Positions 1 through 10,524 of a stretch of 60,877 bases of DNA are shown in pieces (positions within the stretch are counted from its first letter, which is position 1; each line of letters starts with the position of its first letter). The position numbers and the translations under genes are program-made. Source of the DNA: an uncultured Pelagibacteraceae bacterium (GTDB taxonomy: Bacteria > Pseudomonadota > Alphaproteobacteria > Pelagibacterales > Pelagibacteraceae); NCBI GenBank assembly GCA_902603045.1, contig CACKTH010000001.1:1-60877 (forward strand), given 5' to 3'. The notes under the pieces are model-generated. The model had not been told where the DNA came from and did not search any database. It saw only the letters and a program-made list of their open reading frames with translations.

Positions 1-2
1 AA

Positions 3-428
3 AATCATGCAATTGACTATAATAAAGATGGATCAATTGATCTAAAAAATATTGAGGATTCTTTTGCATCTGCTGCAAACTATTTAAGTAATCTTGGATG
101 GAATGATAATACTCCGTGTTTTTATAGAATTAATCTAAATGAAAATATTCCTGATAAATATTTAAATACATCAGCAAAAAAAATTAAACATGAGAGAAAA
201 GTAAAATATTTAAAAAATTATATAAAAAATTCGTCTTTTTTGGACAAATTTGACAATTTGAAAGCAGCAATAGTTACTCCTGATGCTGAAATAGTAGAAA
301 ATGCAAATAAACTTAAACCAGCATATATTATTTTTAATAATTATAAGCTAATCTTAAAGTGGAACAGGTCATTAAGATTTAGTTTGGCTGTATGCACATT
401 AAAAAATAGTTTTGAAAATGAAACCTAA
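3..428 (+). CDS. mltB: Lytic murein transglycosylase B family, 5' truncated by the window edge
   Basis: Frame 3 is open from position 3 and continues into the 240..428 ORF. It reads AIDYNKDGSIDL (EF-hand-like), ASAANYL..GW and NY..I..WNRS. It lies upstream of rlpA-dacA as in alphaproteobacteria. Confidence 0.8.
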   Translation, partial: NHAIDYNKDGSIDLKNIEDSFASAANYLSNLGWNDNTPCFYRINLNENIPDKYLNTSAKKIKHERKVKYLKNYIKNSSFLDKFDNLKAAIVTPDAEIVENANKLKPAYIIFNNYKLILKWNRSLRFSLAVCTLKNSFENET

Positions 429-1170
429 GATAATAATTTTTTTAGCAATAATTTTAACATCATGTGAAACTACTAATAAAAAAGTAATCACAAATAAAGA
501 TTTCAAAAATTATTCGAATGATGGATTTGCTCTCATATATAATAATGATATTTTCAAAAAACGAATAGTTTCAAAAAAAATAGATCAAAGATCATTAATT
601 ATTTTCAATAATAAACTTGAAAATGATACAGATATAAAAATAACAAATTTGTTAAATGAAAAGTATTTGATTGCTAAAGTAGGAAAAAAAACGAAATATC
701 CAATTTTTTATAATTCAGTAATTTCTGAAAGGATTGCGACTGAACTTGATATTGATCCTGATCAACCCTATGTACGTGTAGAAACAATAAATTCTAGTAA
801 TACTTTTGTTGCAAATAAAGCTAAAACATTTGATGAGGAAAAAAAAGTAGCTAATAAAGCTCCAGTAGACAGCATTTCAATCCAAAATATATCAATTGAA
901 AAAGATAATAATTCAAAAGTTGAAAAGGTGAAAAATACAAAATTTGAATATATAATTAAATTTGCCGATTTATTTTTTGAAGAATCTGCAATTACATTGA
1001 AAAAAAGACTTGAGGATGAGTACAATTTAAAAGACATAAATATCAAAAAAATGTCTAAAAATTTATATAGAGTTTACAAGGGTCCTTTTTATAATTTAGG
1101 ATCAATTAAAAATGTATATAATGAAATAGCTAACATAAATTTTGAAAATATTGAATTAATAAAATTATGA
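418..1170 (+). CDS. rlpA: RlpA-like lipoprotein with C-terminal SPOR domain
   Basis: Signal peptide with lipobox LTSC; C-terminal LYRVYKGPF SPOR-like motif; position between mltB and dacA. The ATG at 418 is preferred over the TTG at 412. Confidence 0.65.
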   Translation: MKPKIIIFLAIILTSCETTNKKVITNKDFKNYSNDGFALIYNNDIFKKRIVSKKIDQRSLIIFNNKLENDTDIKITNLLNEKYLIAKVGKKTKYPIFYNSVISERIATELDIDPDQPYVRVETINSSNTFVANKAKTFDEEKKVANKAPVDSISIQNISIEKDNNSKVEKVKNTKFEYIIKFADLFFEESAITLKKRLEDEYNLKDINIKKMSKNLYRVYKGPFYNLGSIKNVYNEIANINFENIELIKL

Positions 1171-2321
1171 AAATAAAAGCACTATTAATTTTTGTTCTAT
1201 CATTCTTAGTTATTAATAATATTTCTTATGCAAAATTTAACATAAATGCACGAACTGCAATATTACAAGACTATTTATCTGGTGAAATTTTATATGAAAA
1301 AAATTCTGATGAGAGAATTTTTCCTGCCTCTATGACAAAAATAATGACCTCAATCATTGCTTTTGATTTATTGAAAAGTGGCGAAATTACTTTAGATGAA
1401 AAATTTATCGTTTCTGAAAATGCCTGGAGATTATCCTCATCTGGTTATTCATCAATGTTTATAATGGTTGGAGATGAAGTTTCGGTAGAAGATTTATTAT
1501 TAGGTATAATTGTTGCTTCAGGTAATGATGCTTGTGTAGCTTTAGCAGAGGGTATTGCAGGAACTGAGGACGAGTTTGCATTACTAATGACTGAGAAAGC
1601 CCAAGAAATTGGGATGGAAAATACTAATTTTTCAAATTCGTCAGGGATTAATGATGATAATAATTATTCAACCGTTAGAGATATTTTAATTATGTCTAAT
1701 TATCTAATTAAAGAACATCCTAAATATTATGAGTATTTTAAAATTAAAGAATTTACATGGAGTAGGACAGGCGGGGATCCCATTACACAAGGAAATAGGA
1801 ACCCATTACTATATAAAAATATGGGTGTAGATGGAATTAAAACTGGATACCTTGGTTCAGAAAAATATTCACTTGCATCGTCTATATTAAGAAAAGAACG
1901 AAGATTAATAGCTGTTGCAAGTGGTTTTGAAACAAAAAATTCTAGATCAAAGCAATCACAAAAATTATTAACTTGGGGAATTACAAATTTTGATACAATA
2001 AAAATAAGTAATGATAACGAATATCTTTATGAACTAGATGTATGGCAGGGAAATAAGAAAAAAGTAAAAGTTAATACTAAAGATATAATTTATAAGACCA
2101 TTCCAAAAGCTAAAAAAAAATATATGAAAGTAAAGATTGTTTATGAAGGACCTATACAAGCACCGATAAAAAAGGGTGAAAAATTAGCAGAAATAAAAGT
2201 ATTATATAAAGATGAAGTAATATCTAATCATGACTTATTTTCTACAGAAAATATCAAACAGCAAAATGCAATATCAAGGTTGATAACTTCTATCAATTTT
2301 TTGATATGGGGCGATGTCTAA
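1167..2321 (+). CDS. dacA: D-alanyl-D-alanine carboxypeptidase (PBP5/6)
   Basis: PASMTK (SxxK), SGNDA (SxN) and KTG motifs. Confidence 0.93.
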   Translation: MKIKALLIFVLSFLVINNISYAKFNINARTAILQDYLSGEILYEKNSDERIFPASMTKIMTSIIAFDLLKSGEITLDEKFIVSENAWRLSSSGYSSMFIMVGDEVSVEDLLLGIIVASGNDACVALAEGIAGTEDEFALLMTEKAQEIGMENTNFSNSSGINDDNNYSTVRDILIMSNYLIKEHPKYYEYFKIKEFTWSRTGGDPITQGNRNPLLYKNMGVDGIKTGYLGSEKYSLASSILRKERRLIAVASGFETKNSRSKQSQKLLTWGITNFDTIKISNDNEYLYELDVWQGNKKKVKVNTKDIIYKTIPKAKKKYMKVKIVYEGPIQAPIKKGEKLAEIKVLYKDEVISNHDLFSTENIKQQNAISRLITSINFLIWGDV

Positions 2322-2928
2322 ATATCCAATTATTATATTTGAAGGCATTGAGGCCTCAGGAAAAACTACAAATTTTAAAATTGCTGCAAATTATTTAAAA
2401 AAGCGAAGAAAAAGTTTTATAAAATTAAGAGAGCCTGGTGGTTCAATTTTTTCAGAAAAAATAAGAAAATTGATTTTAAATAAGAAACTAAATTTAAATA
2501 ATAAAACCGATCTATTACTATTTTATGCTGGAAGATCAGAAAATATTGAGAAAATTATTAAAAAAAATTATAAAAAAAAAATAATACTAATTGATCGCTT
2601 CACAGATTCTACTATTGCGTATCAACATTATGGAATGAAAATTGATTTAAAAGTAATCAAAATGCTGAATAAGTTTATAATTGGAAATTTTAATCCTAAT
2701 ATAATTTTTTTAAGTACTGTAAATTCAAAAAATTTAAAAAAAAGGCTTAGAAATAGATCTAACTTAAATAGATATGATGAATTTAAACTTAAATTTTATA
2801 ACAAAGTTCAGAACGGGTATGAAAAAATATCAAGGAATAAGAGCAAATATATTAAAATTAATTCAAACACTAACACAATTAACGAAGTAAAAAAAATCAT
2901 AATAAATAAACTCGAGAAATTAATATAA
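2314..2928 (+). CDS. tmk: Thymidylate kinase
   Basis: EGIEASGKTT P-loop, REPGG, DRF..ST.AYQ. Confidence 0.95.
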   Translation: MSKYPIIIFEGIEASGKTTNFKIAANYLKKRRKSFIKLREPGGSIFSEKIRKLILNKKLNLNNKTDLLLFYAGRSENIEKIIKKNYKKKIILIDRFTDSTIAYQHYGMKIDLKVIKMLNKFIIGNFNPNIIFLSTVNSKNLKKRLRNRSNLNRYDEFKLKFYNKVQNGYEKISRNKSKYIKINSNTNTINEVKKIIINKLEKLI

Positions 2929-3798
2929 ATGTCTGAATATAAATTAATAGGACATGAAACATATTTAGAAAAATTTGTAACACTTTACGAAAATAATAAA
3001 CTTCCAAATAAAATTATATTATCTGGTAAAAAAGGTATTGGAAAATCATTACTTACAGAAAAATTTTTATTTAAAATTTTTAATTCTAGTAATGATAATG
3101 AACTAATAAAAAATAAATCTCATCCCAATGTTTTAAATATAAAAAAGAATAATGATAAAAAAAATATAGAAATTGATCAAATTAGAGAAATCATAAAGTT
3201 TACAAATCAATCCTCCTTTAATAATAAGTCAAGATTTATAATTCTCGATGATGTCGAATTTTTAAATATTAATTCATCAAATGCTTTATTGAAAAATTTA
3301 GAAGAACCAAATGATAATGTATATTTTATTTTAATTTTTAATTCAGAGAATTTTATAATAGATACTATAAAATCTCGATGTATAGAATTTAAATTAAGTA
3401 TTTCTACTGAAAATACCAAATTAATTGTCAATAATTATTTCAATGAAAAAATTTATGATCAAATAAATTCAAATTTGATAAATTATTACTCAACACCTTT
3501 TTTTTTAATATCCTTAATAAACTACATGAATGAATATGAATTATCAGTATCCAAAACCACTATTGATGATTTATTAGTTAATTTAATTAATAATAAGCAC
3601 TATGTTAAACAAGAATTTATAAGAGATAATTTAAATATGATTATTGAATTATTTTTTTATAAACATATAAACACAACAAAAAAATTGTCATATAAAGTTA
3701 AAGAATATTACTATTCAAAACTATCTAATGTAAAAAAATTTAATCTTGATTATGAAACTTTTTTTTTAGAATTTAAGGATAAATTACTAAGTGAATAA
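2929..3798 (+). CDS. holB: DNA polymerase III delta-prime subunit
   Basis: GKKGIGKS, NALLKNLEEP, TIKSRC; tmk-holB-metG synteny. Confidence 0.9.
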   Translation: MSEYKLIGHETYLEKFVTLYENNKLPNKIILSGKKGIGKSLLTEKFLFKIFNSSNDNELIKNKSHPNVLNIKKNNDKKNIEIDQIREIIKFTNQSSFNNKSRFIILDDVEFLNINSSNALLKNLEEPNDNVYFILIFNSENFIIDTIKSRCIEFKLSISTENTKLIVNNYFNEKIYDQINSNLINYYSTPFFLISLINYMNEYELSVSKTTIDDLLVNLINNKHYVKQEFIRDNLNMIIELFFYKHINTTKKLSYKVKEYYYSKLSNVKKFNLDYETFFLEFKDKLLSE

Positions 3799-5317
3799 AA
3801 ATTATTATATTACAACACCAATTTACTATCCTTCTGCAAAACCTCATATGGGACATGCATACTCAAGTATAATTGCAGATTTTTTTGCTCGTTTCAAAAA
3901 GATTGACGGTTTTAATGTATATTTTTTAACAGGCACGGATGAGCATGGTTTAAAAATACAAAGATCTGCTGAAAAGTTAAATAAAGATCCAAAATCATTT
4001 TGCGATGAAATAAGTAAAACATTCGAGGATTTGACTAAAAAATTAAACTTATCAAATACAGATTTTATAAGAACTACAGAAGATAGACATAAAGTGTCAG
4101 TCCAAAATTTATGGAATATTCTTGAAAAAAATAAGCAAATTTTTTTGTCTAAATATTCTGGTTGGTATTCTGTATCGGATGAGGCTTTTTATAATGAAGA
4201 TGAAGTTGAGGAAAAAGATGGTTCAAAAATTGCAAAATCATCTGGTTCAGCTGTTGAGTGGGTCGAAGAAGAATCTTTTTTTTTTAAACTTTCAGAATGG
4301 GAAAAACCTTTACTAGAATTTTATGAAAAAAATAGAAATTTTATTTTACCTGAAAGTAGGAGAAATGAGGTAATTAGCTTTGTCAAAAGTGGTCTAAAAG
4401 ATTTGTCTGTCAGCAGAAAGACTTTTTCTTGGGGTATAAAAGTACCAAATGATGAAAATCATGTTGTTTATGTATGGTTAGATGCATTAACAAATTATTT
4501 AAGCTCTTTAAAATATCCCGATGAAAAAAATGAATTGTATAAAAATTTTTGGCCAGCAGATTTACATATTATTGGTAAAGACATATTAAGATTTCATGCA
4601 ATTTATTGGCCAGCATTCTTATTAGCTGCAAAAATAGAGCCTCCCAAAAGAGTTTATGGGCATGGATGGATACTTACTGGTGATGAGAAAATGTCAAAAT
4701 CAAAAGGAAATATTTTAGATCCAATAGAAATCATAAATTCTTATGGTTTAGATCCATTAAGATATTATTTACTTAAAGAGGTTTCTTTTGGTAATGATGG
4801 CAATATTTCAGAGGAAAAACTAGAAAATTGTATTAATAGTGATTTGGCAAATAATTTTGGAAATCTCTGTCAAAGAGTACTTTCGTTTGCAGAAAAAAAT
4901 TGTTCCTCATTAATACCTGATCACAAATTTAATGACAAAGATTTAGAAATTTTAAAACCATTAAATGACTTAGATAAAATAAGATCATTTATAGATAATC
5001 AAGATATAAACCAATATATGAGTTTTATTGTTGATAAATTGTTTGCCGCAAATAAATATTTTAATGATCAAGAACCTTGGAAGAAGAAACACGATAGATT
5101 AAGGTTGAATACGATAGTTTATACTGCATTAGAATTAATTAGAAAAATTACTATTTTGCTTTATCCAGTAATACCGGAAACATCAATAAAAGTGCTAAAT
5201 GTTTTTAATGAAACAGAAAATTCTATTGATTTTGCATCAATCGATAATAATGAAATTTTAAAAAAAAATTTAAAAATAAATAAATTAAATATTTTGTTTA
5301 GAAAAATTGAAAAATGA
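3791..5317 (+). CDS. metG: Methionine-tRNA ligase
   Basis: TTPIYY, HMGH, TGTDEHG, KMSKS; GTG start. Confidence 0.97.
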   Translation: MNKNYYITTPIYYPSAKPHMGHAYSSIIADFFARFKKIDGFNVYFLTGTDEHGLKIQRSAEKLNKDPKSFCDEISKTFEDLTKKLNLSNTDFIRTTEDRHKVSVQNLWNILEKNKQIFLSKYSGWYSVSDEAFYNEDEVEEKDGSKIAKSSGSAVEWVEEESFFFKLSEWEKPLLEFYEKNRNFILPESRRNEVISFVKSGLKDLSVSRKTFSWGIKVPNDENHVVYVWLDALTNYLSSLKYPDEKNELYKNFWPADLHIIGKDILRFHAIYWPAFLLAAKIEPPKRVYGHGWILTGDEKMSKSKGNILDPIEIINSYGLDPLRYYLLKEVSFGNDGNISEEKLENCINSDLANNFGNLCQRVLSFAEKNCSSLIPDHKFNDKDLEILKPLNDLDKIRSFIDNQDINQYMSFIVDKLFAANKYFNDQEPWKKKHDRLRLNTIVYTALELIRKITILLYPVIPETSIKVLNVFNETENSIDFASIDNNEILKKNLKINKLNILFRKIEK

Positions 5318-6078
5318 TAGACTCACATTGTCATCTTGATCACGAGCCTCTTTATTCAAATATTAGTGATGTTATTAAACGTTCTAAGGAAAATGGATTA
5401 AAGAAAATTTTAACTATTTCAACCAATTCAAAAAGTTTTGAAAATATTAAAAAGATTATAAATCTTGATGATATAATTTATGGAAGTATAGGAATTCATC
5501 CCCATGAGTCTAGCAATGACAAGATGGATAAAAAATTCATTATTGAAAATGCTAATAAATTTAGAAAAATAATTGGAGTAGGGGAAACAGGATTAGATTT
5601 TTATTATGAAAATAGTCATAAAGACGATCAAATTAAAAGTTTTGAGACACATATAGAAGCCTCCATTGAACTTAAATATCCTTTGATAGTTCATTCTAGA
5701 TGTGCCGAAACAGAAACTTTTGATATTTTAAATAGATATAAAAATACTGATATTAAAATACTTATGCACTGTTTTACAGGTTCAAAAGAGTTTGCTAAAA
5801 AAATGATGACACTAAATGCATATTTTTCTGCAAGTGGAATAATAACTTTTAAAAATAGTATTGATCTTCAAGAAACATTTAAAATGATTGAAAATGATAA
5901 AATTTTAATTGAAACAGACAGTCCTTTTTTAGCACCTATACCAATGAGAGGTAAAAAAAATGAACCATCTTTTATTAAATATACATTGGAAAAACTTTCT
6001 GAATTAAAATCAATAACCTTTGATGAATTAGAGACTATTATAAGTAATAACTTTGAAAGATTATTTTTTCAAAAATGA
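5314..6078 (+). CDS. tatD: TatD family nuclease
   Basis: DSHCH, GIHPH, GETGLD, ETDSPFL. Confidence 0.93.
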   Translation: MIDSHCHLDHEPLYSNISDVIKRSKENGLKKILTISTNSKSFENIKKIINLDDIIYGSIGIHPHESSNDKMDKKFIIENANKFRKIIGVGETGLDFYYENSHKDDQIKSFETHIEASIELKYPLIVHSRCAETETFDILNRYKNTDIKILMHCFTGSKEFAKKMMTLNAYFSASGIITFKNSIDLQETFKMIENDKILIETDSPFLAPIPMRGKKNEPSFIKYTLEKLSELKSITFDELETIISNNFERLFFQK

Positions 6079-6851
6079 GTATAAAATTTATAATATTAGG
6101 TTGTGGAAGTTCCATGGGTGTTCCAAGACCTGATGGCTTTTTTGGAAATTGTAATCCCAAAAATAAGAAAAATTATAGAACAAGATGTTCAGCACTTATT
6201 AAAACTTATGATGAAAATATATTAATTGATACATCTCCTGACTTAAGACAACAGTTACTACGTCATAAAATTAAGAAAATTGATAAAGTATTCTACTCTC
6301 ATATGCATGCTGATCAAACTCATGGAATTAATGATTTAAGATCTTTTTTTATTAATAGTAGAAAACAAGTTAATGTTTATGCTGATAATGAAACATCAAA
6401 ATATTTAAAAAAATGCTTTTCGTATTGTTTTGAAAGTTTCTCAAAAGAATATCCAGCTACTTTAAAGTTAAATAAATTAAAAAAAAATTCATTTATTAAA
6501 CATAAAAATAAAAATATAAAATTTAAGTCAATTGTAGTTGAGCACGGTTCGGTCAATTCAAATTGTTTTATAATTGATAAAAAACTTGCATACATTACTG
6601 ATGTAAGTGAAATTTACAAAAAAGATTATTCTTATTTCAAAAATCTAAAGTATTTAATAATTGATTGTCTGTGGTACAATTTTCATCCATCACACTTTAA
6701 TTTGGAAAAATCTTTATTATTTATTAAAAAATTTAAACCAAAAAAAGCTATACTCTCAAATTTATCACCAGTATTAGATTATAATAAGTTAAAGAGAGTT
6801 ATACCTAAAAATGTTATACCAGCACATGATGGTTTAACGTTAGAGCTATAG
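6075..6851 (+). CDS. Metallo-beta-lactamase fold hydrolase (PhnP-like)
   Basis: ILGCGSSMGVP, R.R.S, IDTSPDLRQQL, HMHADQTHG; typical neighbour of tatD. Confidence 0.85.
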   Translation: MSIKFIILGCGSSMGVPRPDGFFGNCNPKNKKNYRTRCSALIKTYDENILIDTSPDLRQQLLRHKIKKIDKVFYSHMHADQTHGINDLRSFFINSRKQVNVYADNETSKYLKKCFSYCFESFSKEYPATLKLNKLKKNSFIKHKNKNIKFKSIVVEHGSVNSNCFIIDKKLAYITDVSEIYKKDYSYFKNLKYLIIDCLWYNFHPSHFNLEKSLLFIKKFKPKKAILSNLSPVLDYNKLKRVIPKNVIPAHDGLTLEL

Positions 6852-7391
6852 TATTTCTTCAATTTTACTTATAATTTTATTTGATGTAGGTTTTGTAAAA
6901 GAAGCATATGTTTCTTCTACATTTCCCTGCTTATTGATTAATATTTTATGAAAATTCCACTTAGGAATTGCAGATTTGCCAAAATCATTTTCTGCCCATT
7001 TAAAAATCTCATGAGCATCACTTCCTTTTACCTCTGTAATAGTTGTTAATAGAAAATTTATGTCAAAATTAACTTCACAAAATACTTTCACCTCACTGTT
7101 AGTTTTTTTTTCTTGATTGAAAGAGTCTGAGGGTACTCCAAGAACGATAAGACCCTTAGATTTATATTTATTCCATAATTCTTGCAGATCTTCGTATTGT
7201 TTTGTGAAACCACAATAGCTGGCAGTGTTAACTATGAGTATAACTTTATCTCGATAATCTTTTAATTTAATGATTTCTCCATTAATACTCTCTATTTCTA
7301 GATCATAAAAACTTTTTTGATTATTGCTCATTGCTAAACTCTTGAAAAAAAACATAATTATAGTAGTACTTATTATTATTAATCTCTTCAT
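6846..7391 (-). CDS. Glutathione peroxidase family protein with N-terminal signal-like segment
   Basis: VNTASYCGFT, FNQE, WNFHK. Confidence 0.92.
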   Translation of the reverse strand: MKRLIIISTTIIMFFFKSLAMSNNQKSFYDLEIESINGEIIKLKDYRDKVILIVNTASYCGFTKQYEDLQELWNKYKSKGLIVLGVPSDSFNQEKKTNSEVKVFCEVNFDINFLLTTITEVKGSDAHEIFKWAENDFGKSAIPKWNFHKILINKQGNVEETYASFTKPTSNKIISKIEEIL

Positions 7392-7398
7392 AAACTAC

Positions 7399-8571
7399 TT
7401 ATTTATTTGGTGTAAGTAGTATTAAGAAGTAACCAAATAAAGTGGATAATAATGACCCAGTTAAAACTCCAATTTTAACTCCATCCATGTATTGCATATT
7501 TTCAACAAATGCCAAATTTCCAACAAATAAGCTCATTGTAAACCCAATGCCTGTTAAAACACCAACGCCGTAAAAATTAAACCAATTAGAGTTATTGGGC
7601 ATCTGTGCTATTTTCATTTTAATTGAAACATAAGAAAACACAAATACACCCAATTGTTTTCCAACAAAAAGTCCTAATAAAATTCCTAATGGAACCTTAT
7701 TAAGTAAAGATGCAAAAGATAATCCTTCTAATGAAACACCTGCATTTGCAAAAGCAAATAATGGCATTATTCCAAATGCAACATAAGGGCTGATAGCATG
7801 TTCAATTTTTATTAGCAGTGAAAAATCTTTGTCTTTCTTTCTGTGAGGTATAGTCATTGCTAGTAAAACTCCGGCAATCGTTGCATGAATTCCAGAATTA
7901 TGAGTGAAGTCCCAAAGAAATATTCCTACAATTAAATAAGGCAAAAATTTCTTTATATTAAATTTATTGATTACAAGAAGAACAATAAAGGCCAAAAGCA
8001 TTAAGCTTAAATATTTAATACTCAGATCACCTGAGTAAAATAATGCAATAATTACTATTGCTCCTAAATCATCTATAATAGCTAAAGCAGTTAAAAAAAC
8101 TTTTAATGATAATGGAACTCTTTTTCCTAATAACGATAGTACACCTAAAGAAAATGCAATATCAGTTGCAGATGGAATGGCCCAACCATTCATTGTTTCA
8201 CTATCTCCAAAATTAATAAAAATATAAAATAATGCAGGTACTAACATTCCACCAACTGCCGCAATAATTGGAAGAAGTGCTTGTTTTATATTTGAAAGTT
8301 CACCTTGTAAAAATTCTCTTTTAATTTCTAATGTTACAAAGAAAAAGAAAATTGCCATTAAAGCGTCATTTATCCAATGTAATACAGATAATTTTAAACC
8401 AAAATTATTTATTCCCAAAAATAAATATTTATTCAATGTAGAAAAATATATTTCTGATAAATTAGAATTACTTACAATTAAAGCTATTATGGCTGCAAAT
8501 AGTAAAACAAGACCACTAGCAGCTTCTAATTTGAAAAACCACCTAAATGGTTTTGTAATTATCTGAATCAT
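7399..8571 (-). CDS. nhaA: Na+/H+ antiporter NhaA
   Basis: WINDALMAIFFF..LEIKRE, ATDIAF, AIIDDLGA, GIGFTMSLF. Confidence 0.96.
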   Translation of the reverse strand: MIQIITKPFRWFFKLEAASGLVLLFAAIIALIVSNSNLSEIYFSTLNKYLFLGINNFGLKLSVLHWINDALMAIFFFFVTLEIKREFLQGELSNIKQALLPIIAAVGGMLVPALFYIFINFGDSETMNGWAIPSATDIAFSLGVLSLLGKRVPLSLKVFLTALAIIDDLGAIVIIALFYSGDLSIKYLSLMLLAFIVLLVINKFNIKKFLPYLIVGIFLWDFTHNSGIHATIAGVLLAMTIPHRKKDKDFSLLIKIEHAISPYVAFGIMPLFAFANAGVSLEGLSFASLLNKVPLGILLGLFVGKQLGVFVFSYVSIKMKIAQMPNNSNWFNFYGVGVLTGIGFTMSLFVGNLAFVENMQYMDGVKIGVLTGSLLSTLFGYFLILLTPNK

Positions 8572-8573
8572 TT

Positions 8574-9068
8574 TTACCTGACTAAATCTTTAATAAATAA
8601 TTTCAAGTCATTTATTACTAGATACAGACTATCTGACATATTTATTATGCCTGGAAATATAACAGATATCTGATTTTTAAACGTGTCTATAAGTAATATA
8701 AATGCAATAGTTGAAATAATTGTTAGAAATATTTTCTTGATAATATTGTTTTCTTTTGAGACTGAATTTTTATCAATAGATATTAATTCTTTTGATGCAC
8801 TCTCTTTTGTTGGAGATCTTTTTGAAATTTTTTTTCTTATTTTTTTTGTTTGTTTTACAGTTTCTTTAACTGGTTCTATATTTATCTCTGATTTATTTTC
8901 TTCAATTTGACTTATTTTTGTAGTTTCATCCTCTGATTTTACATTTTCTTCCTTTTTAAAAAACCATGTATGTTCGCAATTGCCGCACTTTAAAAGTCTA
9001 CCTTCATCAGGAATTAACTTTTCATTAATATTGAACTTCTTTGTGCAAGCTGGACATTCAATGATCAT
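8574..9068 (-). CDS. Zinc-ribbon (MJ0042-type) protein with C-terminal membrane anchor
   Basis: CPAC...CGNC.HTW N-terminus, low-complexity linker, one hydrophobic helix. Confidence 0.8.
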   Translation of the reverse strand: MIIECPACTKKFNINEKLIPDEGRLLKCGNCEHTWFFKKEENVKSEDETTKISQIEENKSEINIEPVKETVKQTKKIRKKISKRSPTKESASKELISIDKNSVSKENNIIKKIFLTIISTIAFILLIDTFKNQISVIFPGIINMSDSLYLVINDLKLFIKDLVR

Positions 9069-9163
9069 AGATACTTATATATAGCAAATTTTATAAAATT
9101 TCCTTTTAAATAGTGATTAATATACTTTGATATTTTTTTTATCTACTGTATTAGTACTGCATT

Positions 9164-9240
9164 CGGGGTGTAGCGCAGCCTGGTAGCGCACTTGGTTTGG
9201 GACCAAGGGGCCGTAGGTTCGAATCCTACCACCCCGACCA
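9164..9240 (+). tRNA. tRNA-Pro(TGG)
   Basis: CGGGGTG/CACCCCG acceptor stem, anticodon arm CTTGG-TT-TGG-GA-CCAAG, GGTTCGAATCC T-loop, encoded CCA. Confidence 0.97.
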
Positions 9241-9244
9241 TTTT

Positions 9245-9526
9245 ATGAAAAAAGCTAAAATTTATAAACCATCTAAAACTGCTATGCAGTCAGGATTAAA
9301 GAAATTTGATAAATGGATTATTGAATACATCACTGATGATCCAGGCACCAATCCTTTGATGGGTTGGGAAAGTTCTACAGATACTTATGGTGAATTAAAA
9401 TTAGAATTTTCTAATAAAGAATTGGCAATTGAATATGCGAAAAAAAACAATATTGATTTTGAAGTAATAGAACCTAATAAAAGAAAAATTACTTTAAAGT
9501 CCTATGCTGATAATTTTACAAAATAA
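9245..9526 (+). CDS. ETC complex I subunit (NDUFS4-like)
   Basis: AKIYKPSKTAMQSG, NPLMGW.SS.D, KSYADNF. The true start is ATG 9245; the ORF-track extension runs through the tRNA. Confidence 0.9.
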   Translation: MKKAKIYKPSKTAMQSGLKKFDKWIIEYITDDPGTNPLMGWESSTDTYGELKLEFSNKELAIEYAKKNNIDFEVIEPNKRKITLKSYADNFTK

Positions 9527-10524
9527 TGTTTAAATTTTTTACAGAAAAGAAATGGTATGGTTGGAGTATATTTGGATCAATCTTCATATTAGTTTCAACC
9601 TGGTATCAAGTACAATTAGATGTAAAAATTAATGAATGGTTTGGTGAATTTTACGATACTCTTCAAAAAGCTTTAACAGAACCTGGTTCAGTCACAGAAA
9701 CTGAATTTATTGGATATTTGTTTACATTTGCAAAAGTTGCAGGACTTTGGATTATAATTGCGATTGTAACCGGATTTTTTGTATCTCATTGGGTCTTTAG
9801 GTGGAGAACTTCAATGGCTGAATATTATCACTCTCAGTGGCTAAAAGCTCGTTTAACAGAGGGAGCTTCACAGAGAGTTCAAGAAGACACTTTAAAATTT
9901 GCAAGAATAATGGAAGGTCTTGGCGTTGGACTTTTAGATAGTATAATGACACTCGTTGCCTTTTTACCAATATTATGGGGATTATCTAAACAGGTCGATG
10001 TTCTTCCATGGATTGGTGAAGTTGATCATGCTTTAGTTTGGGTTGCAATAATATCTGCACTTGGTGGAACAGTTGTATTAGCTGCTGTTGGTATAAAATT
10101 GCCGGGTATTGAATATGATATTCAAAAAGAGGAGGCTGGTTATAGAAAAGAATTAGTTCATGGAGAAGATGATCCTATAAGAGCTGCTCCACCAACTATA
10201 GGTCAATTATATGATAGAGTAAGAGGTATTCACTATAAATCATATTTTCACTATTTATATTTTAATGCAGTAAAATGGAGTTATTTCCAAGGCATGGTGA
10301 TAGTTCCATATTTGGCTTTAGCACCAACTATTGTGTCAGGTGCAATTACGTTAGGTTTCGTTCAACAAATAACCAGAGCCTTTGGTAGGGTTGAAAATTC
10401 ATTACAATATTTAGTTAGAAGCTGGTCTACAATAGTAGAATTGATTTCAGTTTGGAAAAGATTAAGTGAATTTGAAGCTAGATTGAAATATAATTCAGAA
10501 GAATCTACTTTTGAAAATATTTAA
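9526..10524 (+). CDS. SbmA/BacA-like peptide transporter
   Basis: FRWR..M, EGASQRVQEDT.KF, EAGYRKELV.GED, IVELISVWKRL. Confidence 0.9.
   Translation: MFKFFTEKKWYGWSIFGSIFILVSTWYQVQLDVKINEWFGEFYDTLQKALTEPGSVTETEFIGYLFTFAKVAGLWIIIAIVTGFFVSHWVFRWRTSMAEYYHSQWLKARLTEGASQRVQEDTLKFARIMEGLGVGLLDSIMTLVAFLPILWGLSKQVDVLPWIGEVDHALVWVAIISALGGTVVLAAVGIKLPGIEYDIQKEEAGYRKELVHGEDDPIRAAPPTIGQLYDRVRGIHYKSYFHYLYFNAVKWSYFQGMVIVPYLALAPTIVSGAITLGFVQQITRAFGRVENSLQYLVRSWSTIVELISVWKRLSEFEARLKYNSEESTFENI

Noticed and set aside
9197-9244. N-terminal extension of ORF 9197..9526
   Set aside because: It runs through tRNA-Pro; family-like sequence begins at ATG 9245.
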